This document shows positions 11,092-20,928 of a stretch of DNA of 64,000 nucleotides, piece by piece. The DNA comes from Halobacteriovoraceae bacterium (GTDB lineage: Bacteria > Bdellovibrionota > Bacteriovoracia > Bacteriovoracales > Bacteriovoracaceae), in the NCBI GenBank assembly GCA_963719505.1, contig CAVRCF010000003.1, positions 1 through 64,000 of the forward strand. Reading direction: 5' to 3'. The first letter of the stretch is position 1. Every line of letters begins with the position of its first letter. The notes under the pieces are model-generated. The model had not been told where the DNA came from and made no database searches. It was given only the letters and a program-made list of their open reading frames with translations. The translations under genes were made by a program, and so were the position numbers.

Positions 11092-12751
11092 CCTTTTTAT
11101 TCTTCTTATTGCTTTTAATGTGAAAGCCGAAGTGAACCCTCTATTTGGTTGGCAGGGAAATCTTTATAAAAAAATTAAAGAATATAATAAAATCCATAAA
11201 GAATTTTCAAAAAAAGTTTGTACACCAGGAACGGACTTTAAGTTTAAAAAACTTTTAAAAAATTACCGAGGAACAGGTCACTACCTTCCTCTTATTGATG
11301 ATCATATCGATAGACGTGCTATCAGTATCAACCTCGTTTTGTTTAAGAAGAAACTTGCCCATATTAAAGCCATTGAGAAAAAGCTCTTAAAACAAAAGGA
11401 GCTGCCAAACTACAAGAAGGTCTCCGAGGATTTAAAAAATAGTGTAATGCTCCTTTTAGAATATAAAAAACAGCATTACATGACAAAAGATGAAAAAAAA
11501 CAAAAAGAGCTAAAAGAGCTTTCAAAAAAAGCTTTAGGTTTGCTTCAAAAACAATACGACCAGTTTATGGATGATATTTATTTCTTTAAAAGTTTTAACT
11601 ATCCAAATGATCATTTAGCGAATCGTTTTGCCTACGATAGTAAACAGTCAACGAAGGCTGAAACCTCCAAACAAAGAGCTAATAGAATTTTCTTTTACCG
11701 TAAAATTGTTGAAGATGGTGCTTACGAGCCTGGGAACATTAGCGGAGATATTTATACACGCTCAACTCTTGATACGATTTACTATACTTTGAGAACTGAA
11801 AAAGACTTTATCTCAGAAAATCTTCGTCATGATTTGGATTGGGTTCTTAAAGTCATAGAGAGATTTATTGATAGAGGCTACAAGAAACAACTCGCTAGAA
11901 TTAGAGAGTGGGAAGAGCGAACTCAGATCAAGTACAGCTTTTACAAAGATATAATTCAATCAAAGAATAAGAAGAAAGCTCAAAAAATTGTGGAAGAGAA
12001 GAACAAAGCAAGCTTTGCTTTAAAGGACTTCACCTATGAAAAGCAAGCGGAGACTTACCATTTTTGGCGAAAAAAGGATCAAATTTGGAAAGCACTCTTT
12101 AGTCTCGAGACGATTCTTTACAACGAAGTTGGAAGAGTTGATGGAGAAGATGGTCTCGAGAGGATAGATGTTGCTCATATCGTTATGAATAGAGTTCTCG
12201 ACCCGGTTTATTCTTCTTTAGAACCGACACAACCGTTGGTCGACTACATTAAACTACCTCGATCTGAGTGGGAAAAAGAGAGGTGGCTTAATACTTTATT
12301 TAGAGTGGGGGAGTTCTCTTTTACCTATCATTATATTCCTTCTTCTTCTCATATCTATTGTCCTGATCTTAGCCGAGTTGGAAGAAATCTTAGAGATAAG
12401 AATTTGAAGATCTCTCTTAAGGCGCTTAAATCTCCTCGAACTGACTTTGATGTTTTTCGCTACTTCTCTAGGATCTCCATGTTGGGCAAAATTGATATGA
12501 CAACGGTTTGGACTGATTATGTTCCTGTTGCCGAAAAGCCTGGCTATGAAGCTGGTAATCAGAAAAAGCTTCTTCGCTTATACAACTCGGGCGCCTATGA
12601 TTTCTATTACGGCTTTGAAGACCCACAAGGGGATGAGTTCTTTGTCATCTCAATTTCAGACACCATTTATTCAATGACTATAAGGCGGGGAGTCCCTAAG
12701 TTTTACAAGTACAGAGATCCACATCTTTTTAAGTATTTCTCTAAGAAGTAA
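11072..12751 (+). CDS. Secreted protein with C-terminal SleB/Hydrolase_2-like cell wall hydrolase domain
   Basis: Signal peptide, long helical Lys-rich region, then LETILYNEVG...IDVAHIVMNRV...EFSF, resembling the SleB catalytic motif. Confidence 0.55.
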   Translation: MLKSFVSLFILLIAFNVKAEVNPLFGWQGNLYKKIKEYNKIHKEFSKKVCTPGTDFKFKKLLKNYRGTGHYLPLIDDHIDRRAISINLVLFKKKLAHIKAIEKKLLKQKELPNYKKVSEDLKNSVMLLLEYKKQHYMTKDEKKQKELKELSKKALGLLQKQYDQFMDDIYFFKSFNYPNDHLANRFAYDSKQSTKAETSKQRANRIFFYRKIVEDGAYEPGNISGDIYTRSTLDTIYYTLRTEKDFISENLRHDLDWVLKVIERFIDRGYKKQLARIREWEERTQIKYSFYKDIIQSKNKKKAQKIVEEKNKASFALKDFTYEKQAETYHFWRKKDQIWKALFSLETILYNEVGRVDGEDGLERIDVAHIVMNRVLDPVYSSLEPTQPLVDYIKLPRSEWEKERWLNTLFRVGEFSFTYHYIPSSSHIYCPDLSRVGRNLRDKNLKISLKALKSPRTDFDVFRYFSRISMLGKIDMTTVWTDYVPVAEKPGYEAGNQKKLLRLYNSGAYDFYYGFEDPQGDEFFVISISDTIYSMTIRRGVPKFYKYRDPHLFKYFSKK

Positions 12752-12826
12752 TTGCCCAAATGATGGAAAGATAGTATAAATGCCACCTAGTGTATTATTT
12801 GTTTAGTTAGAGCAGGAGAATAAAAG

Positions 12827-13990
12827 ATGCTTAAAAATTATATCTTTACATCAGAGTCAGTGACAGAAGGTCATCCAGACAAAATAGCAGATCAAATCAG
12901 TGATAGCATCTTAGATGCTATTTTAGAGCAAGATCCTCAATCAAGGGTCGCTTGTGAGACGTTAATCACAACGGGATTAATTCAAATCGCAGGAGAAATC
13001 ACGACAAACGCTCAGATTGATTACCATGCAGTTGCAAGAGATACTGTTCGAAAGATTGGTTACGATCATTCAGATAAAGGTTTTGATGCAAACACTTGTG
13101 GTGTTAATTTAGCTCTTGGCAAGCAGTCTCCTGATATTGCTCAAGGAGTAAATGTTGGTGAAGGGATCGATCTTGATCAGGGTGCTGGTGACCAAGGAAT
13201 TATGTTTGGTTACGCTTGTAATGAAACTGATTCATTTATGCCAATGACAATTGATCTTTCTCATAAACTTGCTAAGCAACTAGCTATGGTTCGTCATGAA
13301 AATATTATTCCAGGACTTAGAGCTGATGGTAAAACTCAAATCTCAGCTCAGTATATCGATGGAGCTTTAAAGAGAATTGACTCTGTTGTTGTTTCTACTC
13401 AGCATGCTGCTGATGTAACTCAAAAGCAACTTCACGAGAGCATAAGAGAAGAAGTTATCAATAAAATCGTACCAAGCGACTTAATTGATAATGAAACGAA
13501 GTTTTTTATTAATCCAACTGGTAAGTTTGTTATCGGTGGACCGATGGGAGATGTTGGATTAACGGGAAGAAAAATTATTGTCGATACTTATGGTGGACAC
13601 GGAGCTCACGGTGGTGGAGCATTCTCTGGGAAAGACCCTTCTAAGGTTGATAGGTCTGCGACTTACGCTGCAAGGCAAGTGGCAAAGCATGTAGTTGCTG
13701 CGGGATTAGCTGATAGGGCACTTGTTCAGGTTGCCTATGCTATTGGAGTTTCAAAGCCAATGAGTTTTCTTGTAGACTGTTTTGGAACGAACAAAGTTGA
13801 TCAAGATGCGATAACAAAAGCTGTAAACGAGATTTTCGACATGAGACCAAAAGCGATTGTTCAAAGATTAGACCTTTTGAGACCGATCTATAAAGAAACT
13901 GCGGCTTATGGTCACTTCGGAAGAACATCGGCAACAGGATTTACCTGGGAAAACCTTGATTATCTAGAAGAATTAAAAGCAAAGTTTTAG
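12827..13990 (+). CDS. metK: S-adenosylmethionine synthetase
   Basis: [19 protein letters not shown] and [16 protein letters not shown] motifs. Confidence 0.99.
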   Translation: MLKNYIFTSESVTEGHPDKIADQISDSILDAILEQDPQSRVACETLITTGLIQIAGEITTNAQIDYHAVARDTVRKIGYDHSDKGFDANTCGVNLALGKQSPDIAQGVNVGEGIDLDQGAGDQGIMFGYACNETDSFMPMTIDLSHKLAKQLAMVRHENIIPGLRADGKTQISAQYIDGALKRIDSVVVSTQHAADVTQKQLHESIREEVINKIVPSDLIDNETKFFINPTGKFVIGGPMGDVGLTGRKIIVDTYGGHGAHGGGAFSGKDPSKVDRSATYAARQVAKHVVAAGLADRALVQVAYAIGVSKPMSFLVDCFGTNKVDQDAITKAVNEIFDMRPKAIVQRLDLLRPIYKETAAYGHFGRTSATGFTWENLDYLEELKAKF

Positions 13991-14013
13991 AAAAAACAAA
14001 AAAAAGAGAAAAC

Positions 14014-14042
14014 AAAAAAGCCCTCATATGAGGGCTTTTTTT
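14014..14042 (+). terminator. Rho-independent terminator after metK
   Basis: AAAAAAGCCCTC-ATAT-GAGGGCTTTTTTT. Confidence 0.9.
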
Positions 14043-14097
14043 ATGACAAGAATTAGACATTGAAGACAAGCCTCTTATTAAGCACTAATGTTTAAAC

Positions 14098-14553
14098 ATG
14101 AAATATCAAATAACGACACACCCTGATTTTATTAGCCACGAAGTAAATAAGTTCTTTCCCTGTAGCAAAAGTAAAATTGAAAATGTTTTTGCTAATCTTC
14201 AAAAAAGAGAAACTTTTGTTAAAGGTCAGATTCCTCCTTATAAGGTTGAATTTGATTCCCCGATCCAGTCTGGAGACTTTGAGACGGGAGAGTTAAATAT
14301 TCACCATGGACCGCTTCTGAGTGTCCACGGTGTGATAGGGGAAATCACTGATCACTACAGGGATCTAAAATACTTTTATGGGTCTTATATTTTAAGTTTT
14401 CGACTTGTTCGACCTGTTAGACTAGAGTTCTTTAAAGAAAAAGACGGAATTCGCTTGAAGATTACCTGTTTGATTAAACCATGGTTCAAAAAGCCTTGGG
14501 AGATTCTTAATGATATATTTTGGAAGTTCTTTGGTGTAAGCTTTCTTTTTTAA
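14098..14553 (+). CDS. Hypothetical protein
   Basis: 151-aa ORF filling the gap after the metK terminator; no recognised motif. Confidence 0.65.
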   Translation: MKYQITTHPDFISHEVNKFFPCSKSKIENVFANLQKRETFVKGQIPPYKVEFDSPIQSGDFETGELNIHHGPLLSVHGVIGEITDHYRDLKYFYGSYILSFRLVRPVRLEFFKEKDGIRLKITCLIKPWFKKPWEILNDIFWKFFGVSFLF

Positions 14554-14567
14554 ATCGGACCAGCAAA

Positions 14568-15026
14568 ATGATTACAATTCAAAAAATGAAAGATACTGAG
14601 TTTGATATTGTTATCAATAACCCTGACGATGGTTATGCTCAAGGTATCGCAGACACTGATGGTATAAGCCTTGAGCGTGCAATTGAGAAAGCTCAAAAAC
14701 AGTTGTCGGAACTTCTTCCCGATGGGATTAAATCAAAAGATCACTATTTTTATAGCGCCTATCAAGAGAATCAGTTTGTAGGCTATGCATGGGTCAATAT
14801 CAAAAAAGAGACGATGAATGCTTGGGGATACAATATCTATGTTGAAAGAAAATTTAGAAGATCTGGTATTGCGAAAGAAATTTTTAAAACTCTACAAATT
14901 GAACTAAAAAGTATGGGGGTTAAACAAATTAGTTTTCACGTATTTGCAAATAATAAAAATGCGATTGCTCTCTATGAACAAAGTGGTTTTGAAGTTTCTA
15001 ATATCGTGATGAAAAAAGAGCTTTAA
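14568..15026 (+). CDS. GNAT family N-acetyltransferase
   Basis: IYVERKFRRSGIAK acetyl-CoA motif and HVFANNKNAIALYEQSGF; ATG 14568 preferred as start. Confidence 0.85.
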   Translation: MITIQKMKDTEFDIVINNPDDGYAQGIADTDGISLERAIEKAQKQLSELLPDGIKSKDHYFYSAYQENQFVGYAWVNIKKETMNAWGYNIYVERKFRRSGIAKEIFKTLQIELKSMGVKQISFHVFANNKNAIALYEQSGFEVSNIVMKKEL

Positions 15027-15062
15027 TCTTCTATAAATTTAATTTCATGTTATTCTAGACGG

Positions 15063-15293
15063 GTGAATGAATTATATTTCTTAGTCCGCTATATTCCTTT
15101 TTGGGCCGTCCCTCTCTTTCTTATGGGTGGAGAATTCGCTTATCTATTCTATATGAGAAAGAAAAAAAAGCGGTTTTTGGTATGTCTTTTTATCTCTTTG
15201 TTCGCTTCACTTGCATTAGCTTTCTATTACTGGGCCGGTGGTCCAGAGAGATCAGTTGATTTTTTGATTGAATTCATCAGGTATTACTTTTAA
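15063..15293 (+). CDS. Small membrane protein (2 TM)
   Basis: Two hydrophobic helices separated by a basic RKKKKR loop. Confidence 0.65.
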   Translation: MNELYFLVRYIPFWAVPLFLMGGEFAYLFYMRKKKKRFLVCLFISLFASLALAFYYWAGGPERSVDFLIEFIRYYF

Positions 15294-15297
15294 AAAC

Positions 15298-15311
15298 GTC
15301 TATTTTTTGAC
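15298..15311. promoter_or_regulatory. FleQ-type box GTC-N8-GAC
   Basis: GTCTATTTTTTGAC upstream of the FleQ/FlrA-like gene. Confidence 0.45.
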
Positions 15312-15428
15312 AAACCACAAATAAAAGAAGCGAAGCGTCGCATTAATAATTTTGTTGCAATTAGTTAATGTCAATCATTCTGGTGGATTGGCCCAATACC
15401 AGTAAGAATTAGTCAGTTTTTTCCCCGT

Positions 15429-15467
15429 GTTAATAATTTGACACCCATACCTTTATTCAGCTAGCAT
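15429..15467 (+). promoter_or_regulatory. Sigma-70-type promoter overlapped by a FleQ-type box
   Basis: TTGACA (15438-15443), 18-nt spacer, TAGCAT (15462-15467); the box GTTAATAATTTGAC (15429-15442) covers the -35. Confidence 0.5.
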
Positions 15468-15497
15468 TTACAGTGAGAGAGAGCTAAGGAGAGGTCA

Positions 15498-17045
15498 ATG
15501 GATGATTTAAATTTCTTACATAATGCATTTGAAGGCGACAAAAATCGCGCCCCTCAAATAGAGGAAAAAGATTCATTAGAGAGTTTTGGGTTAAACCCAA
15601 GAATTATCGTCGTGGAAGATGATAAAATTTTAGGTTTAAGTATCAAAAAATATTTAATGAAAACTCTAGACTGCCAGGTTGAGCTTTATACAAGTTCGAT
15701 TGATTGTCTTGGGGAACTACTATCTAGCCCAGATAGAACAGAGCAGTTTTGCCTTGTTACAGATATCAGTCTTGAAGCTGGAGCAGATGGCCTTCTTCTG
15801 ATTGATAACTTAAGAGATAAAGGGTTTAATTTTGTCTCTATTGCAATGACTGGATTCGCAAGTATCGAAAATGCAATTGCAGCGACTAAAAAAGGTGTCT
15901 ACCATTACCTCACAAAACCATTTGAACTTGAGAGCTTACAAAAACTTATCATTAACGCTATTTCAGATAAACTTGGTGTAAAAGTTTCTAGGCTTTCAAG
16001 TGATGACAATTCATTTGGAAAAATGAAGGGAAAAGTTGTTAGGAATGTAAAAATTGAAGCGCCCACAGAAGAGGATATGTTTTGCGGAATGATCGGTAGA
16101 TCAAAGCAGATGAAACAAGTCTTTGAAAGAATACAAAAAGTTGCTTTGACCGAATCGACAGTTCTTATTATGGGACCATCAGGTACGGGTAAAGAGCTTG
16201 TTGCAGGAGCTATCCACGCACTTTCTTCAAGAAATAGAAATACAAAGGTCTCAGTTAACTGTGGGGCCATTCCAAGAGATCTTTTAGAGAGTGAACTTTT
16301 TGGTCATATCAAAGGATCATTCACAGGCGCAATCTCCAATAGAAAGGGACGTTTTGAGCTGGCCGATAAAGGGTCCATCTTTTTAGATGAAATTGGTGAT
16401 ATGCCACTTCTTTTACAAGTAAAACTTTTAAGAGTTCTTCAAAATAGAACAATTGAGCCAGTTGGTTCAACTCAGCCTATCTCAATTGATACAAGAGTTA
16501 TCGCTGCAACTCACAGACATCTTGAGAATATGGTCGAAGAAGGAACTTTTAGGGAGGATTTATTTTATCGTCTCAATGTCATTCCAATTACTATTCCTTC
16601 TCTAAAAGAAAGAAGAGAAGACATACCTCTTTTACTCTCTTACTTTGTTACTCGTTTCACTTCAGCCGATAGAAGTAATGAAATTCACTTTACGGATAAA
16701 GCATTAGAGATGTTAATAGATTACGATTGGCCAGGAAACGTCAGAGAGCTTGAGAATATTATTGAAAGACTTGTTATTTTAAGAGGGGGATCTGAAATCC
16801 TTCCTGAGGATTTACCAGCAAAAATCTTTAGAAATAATCCTCTTGCAACTGACCATTATAAGCATATTTTTGAACTTCCAAAAGATGGAGTTGATTTAAA
16901 AAGAGTTCTCTCTGATATTGAAGATTCTTTAATCATTCAAGCTCTTAGTCATACGGAAGGCAATAAAAACCAAGCGTCCAAACTCTTATCACTCAATAGA
17001 ACAACACTAATTGAGAAGATGAAAAAGAAGGCGTTAAATATTTAA
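15498..17045 (+). CDS. Sigma-54-dependent response regulator (REC-AAA+-HTH), FleQ/FlrA-like
   Basis: REC domain (VEDD, TD, KPF), Walker [15 protein letters not shown] loop, [16 protein letters not shown] and an HTH ending [10 protein letters not shown]. Confidence 0.9.
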   Translation: MDDLNFLHNAFEGDKNRAPQIEEKDSLESFGLNPRIIVVEDDKILGLSIKKYLMKTLDCQVELYTSSIDCLGELLSSPDRTEQFCLVTDISLEAGADGLLLIDNLRDKGFNFVSIAMTGFASIENAIAATKKGVYHYLTKPFELESLQKLIINAISDKLGVKVSRLSSDDNSFGKMKGKVVRNVKIEAPTEEDMFCGMIGRSKQMKQVFERIQKVALTESTVLIMGPSGTGKELVAGAIHALSSRNRNTKVSVNCGAIPRDLLESELFGHIKGSFTGAISNRKGRFELADKGSIFLDEIGDMPLLLQVKLLRVLQNRTIEPVGSTQPISIDTRVIAATHRHLENMVEEGTFREDLFYRLNVIPITIPSLKERREDIPLLLSYFVTRFTSADRSNEIHFTDKALEMLIDYDWPGNVRELENIIERLVILRGGSEILPEDLPAKIFRNNPLATDHYKHIFELPKDGVDLKRVLSDIEDSLIIQALSHTEGNKNQASKLLSLNRTTLIEKMKKKALNI

Positions 17046-17057
17046 CTTTCTTACTCT

Positions 17058-17954
17058 ATGAAAAAGATTGATAAAGATTTTAAAAGCTATCTAGGTCAGG
17101 GTGAAAACTCTGACCTTTTTGTTTTCGTTATCGCCTTTGATAGAAAGTTCGATAAGCACTTCGGTCTGGATTACTCGAAAGCCGAATCAAATCTTATCGC
17201 TATTGATGACGATCTCTATCCAGGTCTTGATGACTCAGCTCTTTTAACTAGCTATCTTGATTACTTTCAAATTCATGAAGACCTGCCACAAAATGCAACA
17301 CTGGTGGATCTAGGAGCAGGCTATTGTCGAGGGACTCTACTTTTTGATGCTCTAGGGAGTAAGAGGTGTATAAGTGTCGAGATTGCTGAAAATAGAGTTG
17401 AAAGAGCAAAGCAACTTAGTCCAAATGATATTATTTTAGCGGATATGACTTCTTCAAGTTTTATCATTCCCAAGGAGAGTTACTACTTTATTTATCTTCC
17501 GGTCTCTAAAGTGCTCTACTCTCTTTTCAAAAAAATAATAAAACAAAAGATTGAAGCGACCTTTTACGTTATCGAGAGCCACGGTGATCTCATCGATTTT
17601 TTCTTCATGCACAACACTTTGTTCACCCCTGTAGGAAAGCCTTTCAAAACATCAACTCCACGTCACCGCAGTTGGGTGCATAAGTTTAAGTCAAATATTG
17701 TTGAGGATCCACATATAAAAGATGAAGACTTCTACACCAATATTCCTCTTTGGCATCTTTACAATTTTGACAGTGATAAAAAGTTTATTATTGAATCAAA
17801 AATTATGAATTCGAATCAGACAAAGAAGTGGGAAGCCAATGTTAAAAATAGCAGTATCATAAATTACAATGGAGACCTTGCGGTGTACTTGGAAAATCCT
17901 TCCCGAATACTGCAGTTGGATACTCAGGATAAAATATTAAGAATAACTCCCTAA
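17058..17954 (+). CDS. SAM-dependent methyltransferase-like protein
   Basis: LVDLGAGYCRG motif I, followed by SVEI. Confidence 0.55.
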   Translation: MKKIDKDFKSYLGQGENSDLFVFVIAFDRKFDKHFGLDYSKAESNLIAIDDDLYPGLDDSALLTSYLDYFQIHEDLPQNATLVDLGAGYCRGTLLFDALGSKRCISVEIAENRVERAKQLSPNDIILADMTSSSFIIPKESYYFIYLPVSKVLYSLFKKIIKQKIEATFYVIESHGDLIDFFFMHNTLFTPVGKPFKTSTPRHRSWVHKFKSNIVEDPHIKDEDFYTNIPLWHLYNFDSDKKFIIESKIMNSNQTKKWEANVKNSSIINYNGDLAVYLENPSRILQLDTQDKILRITP

Positions 17955-17983
17955 GTCATTGGAAATAAATAATATTACTTTCC

Positions 17984-17997
17984 GTCAGAGTAGTGAC
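17984..17997. promoter_or_regulatory. FleQ-type box upstream of the TPR/flagellar operon
   Basis: GTCAGAGTAGTGAC (GTC-N8-GAC). Confidence 0.45.
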
Positions 17998-18117
17998 ATG
18001 GAAAAATATTGCCCCGGAGCAAAATATTCCTTTTATCTGATTCAAATTCCTGTACAATAATTTTTAAGGGCTATTCAGGAAGAGTGACCCAAAATATAAC
18101 GAGACAGGAAGTTTCAA

Positions 18118-20898
18118 TTGATAATACAAAAAATGTTCATTTTTCTGACATTTATTTGCGTGGCTTTGGGAAATTTTTCCGCTCAAGCAGCTGTATTATC
18201 TCAAACAGAGTTTGAAACTCACCTCCGTTGGAAAATCAAATCCCTTAAGCAACAAGTTCAAATTAAAAAATCAGATGACTCTCTTATTATAAAGACACTT
18301 GATAAAAATCTTTTTGATTCTCTATCATCAGAGATGATCGCGCTTAAAAAACAAAATACTTATATAAAGGACATCTCTTATAAAGCTGATAACCTTCCAG
18401 TTGAAGCCGCTACCATCACAATCCAGCTTGCTAACGACTCAATTGAGCTTTTCACTTTTTATAAGGACCAAACAAATGCTTATGTCTTAGATTTCTGGGA
18501 AAATAAAGACACTGTGGTTACTAAGAAGGCTGCTGTCGTTAATAAACCTGCAGTGATAAAGCTTGCAAAACCAAAAGCTGTAAAAAAGAAAGGTGCTAAG
18601 AAACAGAAGAAGAAAAAGACTTCTTCGAAAAAGAAGATGGCTTCCGTTCTTAATCCTGAAAAAATAATTGAAAAAAATCAAAAAGATGGTTTTAGAGACT
18701 TTAGGTACGGATCAGCATTTATTTGGGATTACGCAGCCTTTATTCCACCCCTTGAAAGAGATATCAGTACAAAGGCTAAAACTCCTGACTTTCTCTATAA
18801 AGTTGAGGATAGAGAGTTTAAAACGGACAAAAAAGAATCTCACATGCAGTTGACGATAAACTTCTATAGAAAGTCTAAGTGGGGATTGATGAATAGATCA
18901 ATCAGCCTTTATGAAGAGAGATATGGACGTGATAAGAATGCAGAAGTTAATGACTATCTTAAAGCCAACTCACTTATTAGAAATATTATCAAGCCAACAA
19001 TGGCATCGAAGAAGCTTACTGACGAAGAGAAGTCTGAACTTGCAGACCTCAAGGCTGAAGGTAAGGCTATACCAGATAGACTCAATGAAAACCTTTCAAG
19101 TAAAGCAATTTTTCAAACAGCTATTAATCTCCTCTCGAAGGTAAGTGAAAGAACAAATAACTATGCGTTAAAAGTAGCGACACTACGTTATATCCTTCAA
19201 GATAGTATCGATAGAGAAGATCATGTAAAATCGCTTCAAATTGCAAAGAGACTCTATGTTGAAGCCACAGAGCAGTTTGATGATGCCATGATTATTAGAA
19301 GTTCTACGGTGATCTTGAACTCTTTGGCCAACCTCAAGCAATTAGATAAGATAAAGGAATTTATTTCAGCGAAGGCTGTTATAAGAGTTTTACCAAAGCA
19401 AGTCGGTCATGCTTATATAAGTTTTGTAAACCTTGCGATGGATAAACCGAATCAAGTGATAAGTTACTATCAAGCGAAAGAGGCAGGACTTGTTAAACCT
19501 GTTCACCCTGCGATTCTGTACAATACAGCTGAAGCCTACTTTAGAGAGGCTCAGTACGAAAAGGCAGTGATGCTTTTTGATCAATTTGTTGTGAGCTATT
19601 CATTTTTCAAAAATAGTTCTAATGCAAGGTTAAGAATTGCATTGTCCTACGACTTAATGAATAAAGATCCAAAGAAGACTTTAGATTTATACAAAAATAC
19701 AATTAACCTAGCATCTGATCCTGCCGTAAGGTACGAGGCTAAGGTGAGGTATGTTGGTCTTAGAGCTGCGAGAAAGACTCAGCCAAATGAGAAAGATCTA
19801 GAGACAATTGTTTTCCTTGAACAAAGCGCTGCAGAGAAAAAAGCGATATCGAACGATTTGAGAAAACTTCTTTGGCTGACTCGTTTAAGAACAATGATCA
19901 ACTCTGAAAAGTATGAAGATGCTATCGCCTACCTTTCAACAATTCCTCTTGAGACACTCAAGCTTATTGATAAAAGAACGTTTGAAGGAGAGGGAGCTGA
20001 AATTGTATTAGGACTTATCAAGTCAGCTTATTTGAAAGATGACTATTCTAGAGCCGTAAAGACTTGGGAAGTTTATAAGGATAAGTATGAAAACAAAGTT
20101 GCAAGTTCAACTTATTTAAATTTTATCATTGCTGATTCTTACTTAAAGCTTGGATTTAAAAGCTCTTTTGAAAGAGAATTTGTCAGGTTAAAGAACTTAA
20201 AAGAAGAGAAAATTAGAACATTTCCACGTTGGGTTTCAGCCCATAAAAACATAAAAGTATCAGACTATATCGTAGAATTAGAAATAGAAAAAATGGTGTT
20301 GGCAAAAGCTTGGAAAGAGCTCTCAGACTACCTGGAGTCAAATCGCACCAATAAGAACATCAACTATAATTATTACAAAGGTCTTGTGAGCTATAAGCTT
20401 CGCGACTATAATAGAGCTGTAGCTAGTTATGAAAATATTCTAGTAAAGCCAAACCTAAATAATTACCTAACCCCAATCCAGAGCCAGACAATGTTAACAA
20501 CTTATATTGAAGCATTAAATCTAACAGGAGACTCTGATCGATTTAGAAAGAATGTTGCTGCTTTAATAAATGACATTCGTCGTGGGGCTAAGGCAGAGTA
20601 CGCAAAAATGCTCGAGAGATTTGAGTATCTTTATTTGGAGTCATTATATTCAGAGAAAAACACGAACTTCAAACTATTACTTACAAAAGCAAATGAATAC
20701 TTGGCTTCTTTTGCTAAGCCAGTATATAACGATAGAGTAAATTTCCTAAGGGGAATTGCACTAATTCAAGAATCACAGGAAGTGGAAGGCGAAAAAGTAT
20801 TAAAGTCTCTATTAGAAAACAAAGAAACACCAGAGTATTTAAAAGGACTAGCAAGAACGGAGCTTTCGACTCTTGCTATTAAGAATAAGACATTATAA
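18118..20898 (+). CDS. Exported tetratricopeptide-repeat protein
   Basis: Signal peptide and TPR-like helices (e.g. ILYNTAEAYFREAQYEKAVMLF); first gene of the flagellar run. Confidence 0.75.
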   Translation: MIIQKMFIFLTFICVALGNFSAQAAVLSQTEFETHLRWKIKSLKQQVQIKKSDDSLIIKTLDKNLFDSLSSEMIALKKQNTYIKDISYKADNLPVEAATITIQLANDSIELFTFYKDQTNAYVLDFWENKDTVVTKKAAVVNKPAVIKLAKPKAVKKKGAKKQKKKKTSSKKKMASVLNPEKIIEKNQKDGFRDFRYGSAFIWDYAAFIPPLERDISTKAKTPDFLYKVEDREFKTDKKESHMQLTINFYRKSKWGLMNRSISLYEERYGRDKNAEVNDYLKANSLIRNIIKPTMASKKLTDEEKSELADLKAEGKAIPDRLNENLSSKAIFQTAINLLSKVSERTNNYALKVATLRYILQDSIDREDHVKSLQIAKRLYVEATEQFDDAMIIRSSTVILNSLANLKQLDKIKEFISAKAVIRVLPKQVGHAYISFVNLAMDKPNQVISYYQAKEAGLVKPVHPAILYNTAEAYFREAQYEKAVMLFDQFVVSYSFFKNSSNARLRIALSYDLMNKDPKKTLDLYKNTINLASDPAVRYEAKVRYVGLRAARKTQPNEKDLETIVFLEQSAAEKKAISNDLRKLLWLTRLRTMINSEKYEDAIAYLSTIPLETLKLIDKRTFEGEGAEIVLGLIKSAYLKDDYSRAVKTWEVYKDKYENKVASSTYLNFIIADSYLKLGFKSSFEREFVRLKNLKEEKIRTFPRWVSAHKNIKVSDYIVELEIEKMVLAKAWKELSDYLESNRTNKNINYNYYKGLVSYKLRDYNRAVASYENILVKPNLNNYLTPIQSQTMLTTYIEALNLTGDSDRFRKNVAALINDIRRGAKAEYAKMLERFEYLYLESLYSEKNTNFKLLLTKANEYLASFAKPVYNDRVNFLRGIALIQESQEVEGEKVLKSLLENKETPEYLKGLARTELSTLAIKNKTL

Positions 20899-20928
20899 AA
20901 AATCGGCATAAAAAAGACAGGAGGTCTA

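Noticed and set aside
18001-18013. 13-bp GAAAAATATTGCC also present inverted at 60092-60104
   Set aside because: A single AT-rich 13-mer match between intergenic regions is plausible by chance, and I saw no third copy.
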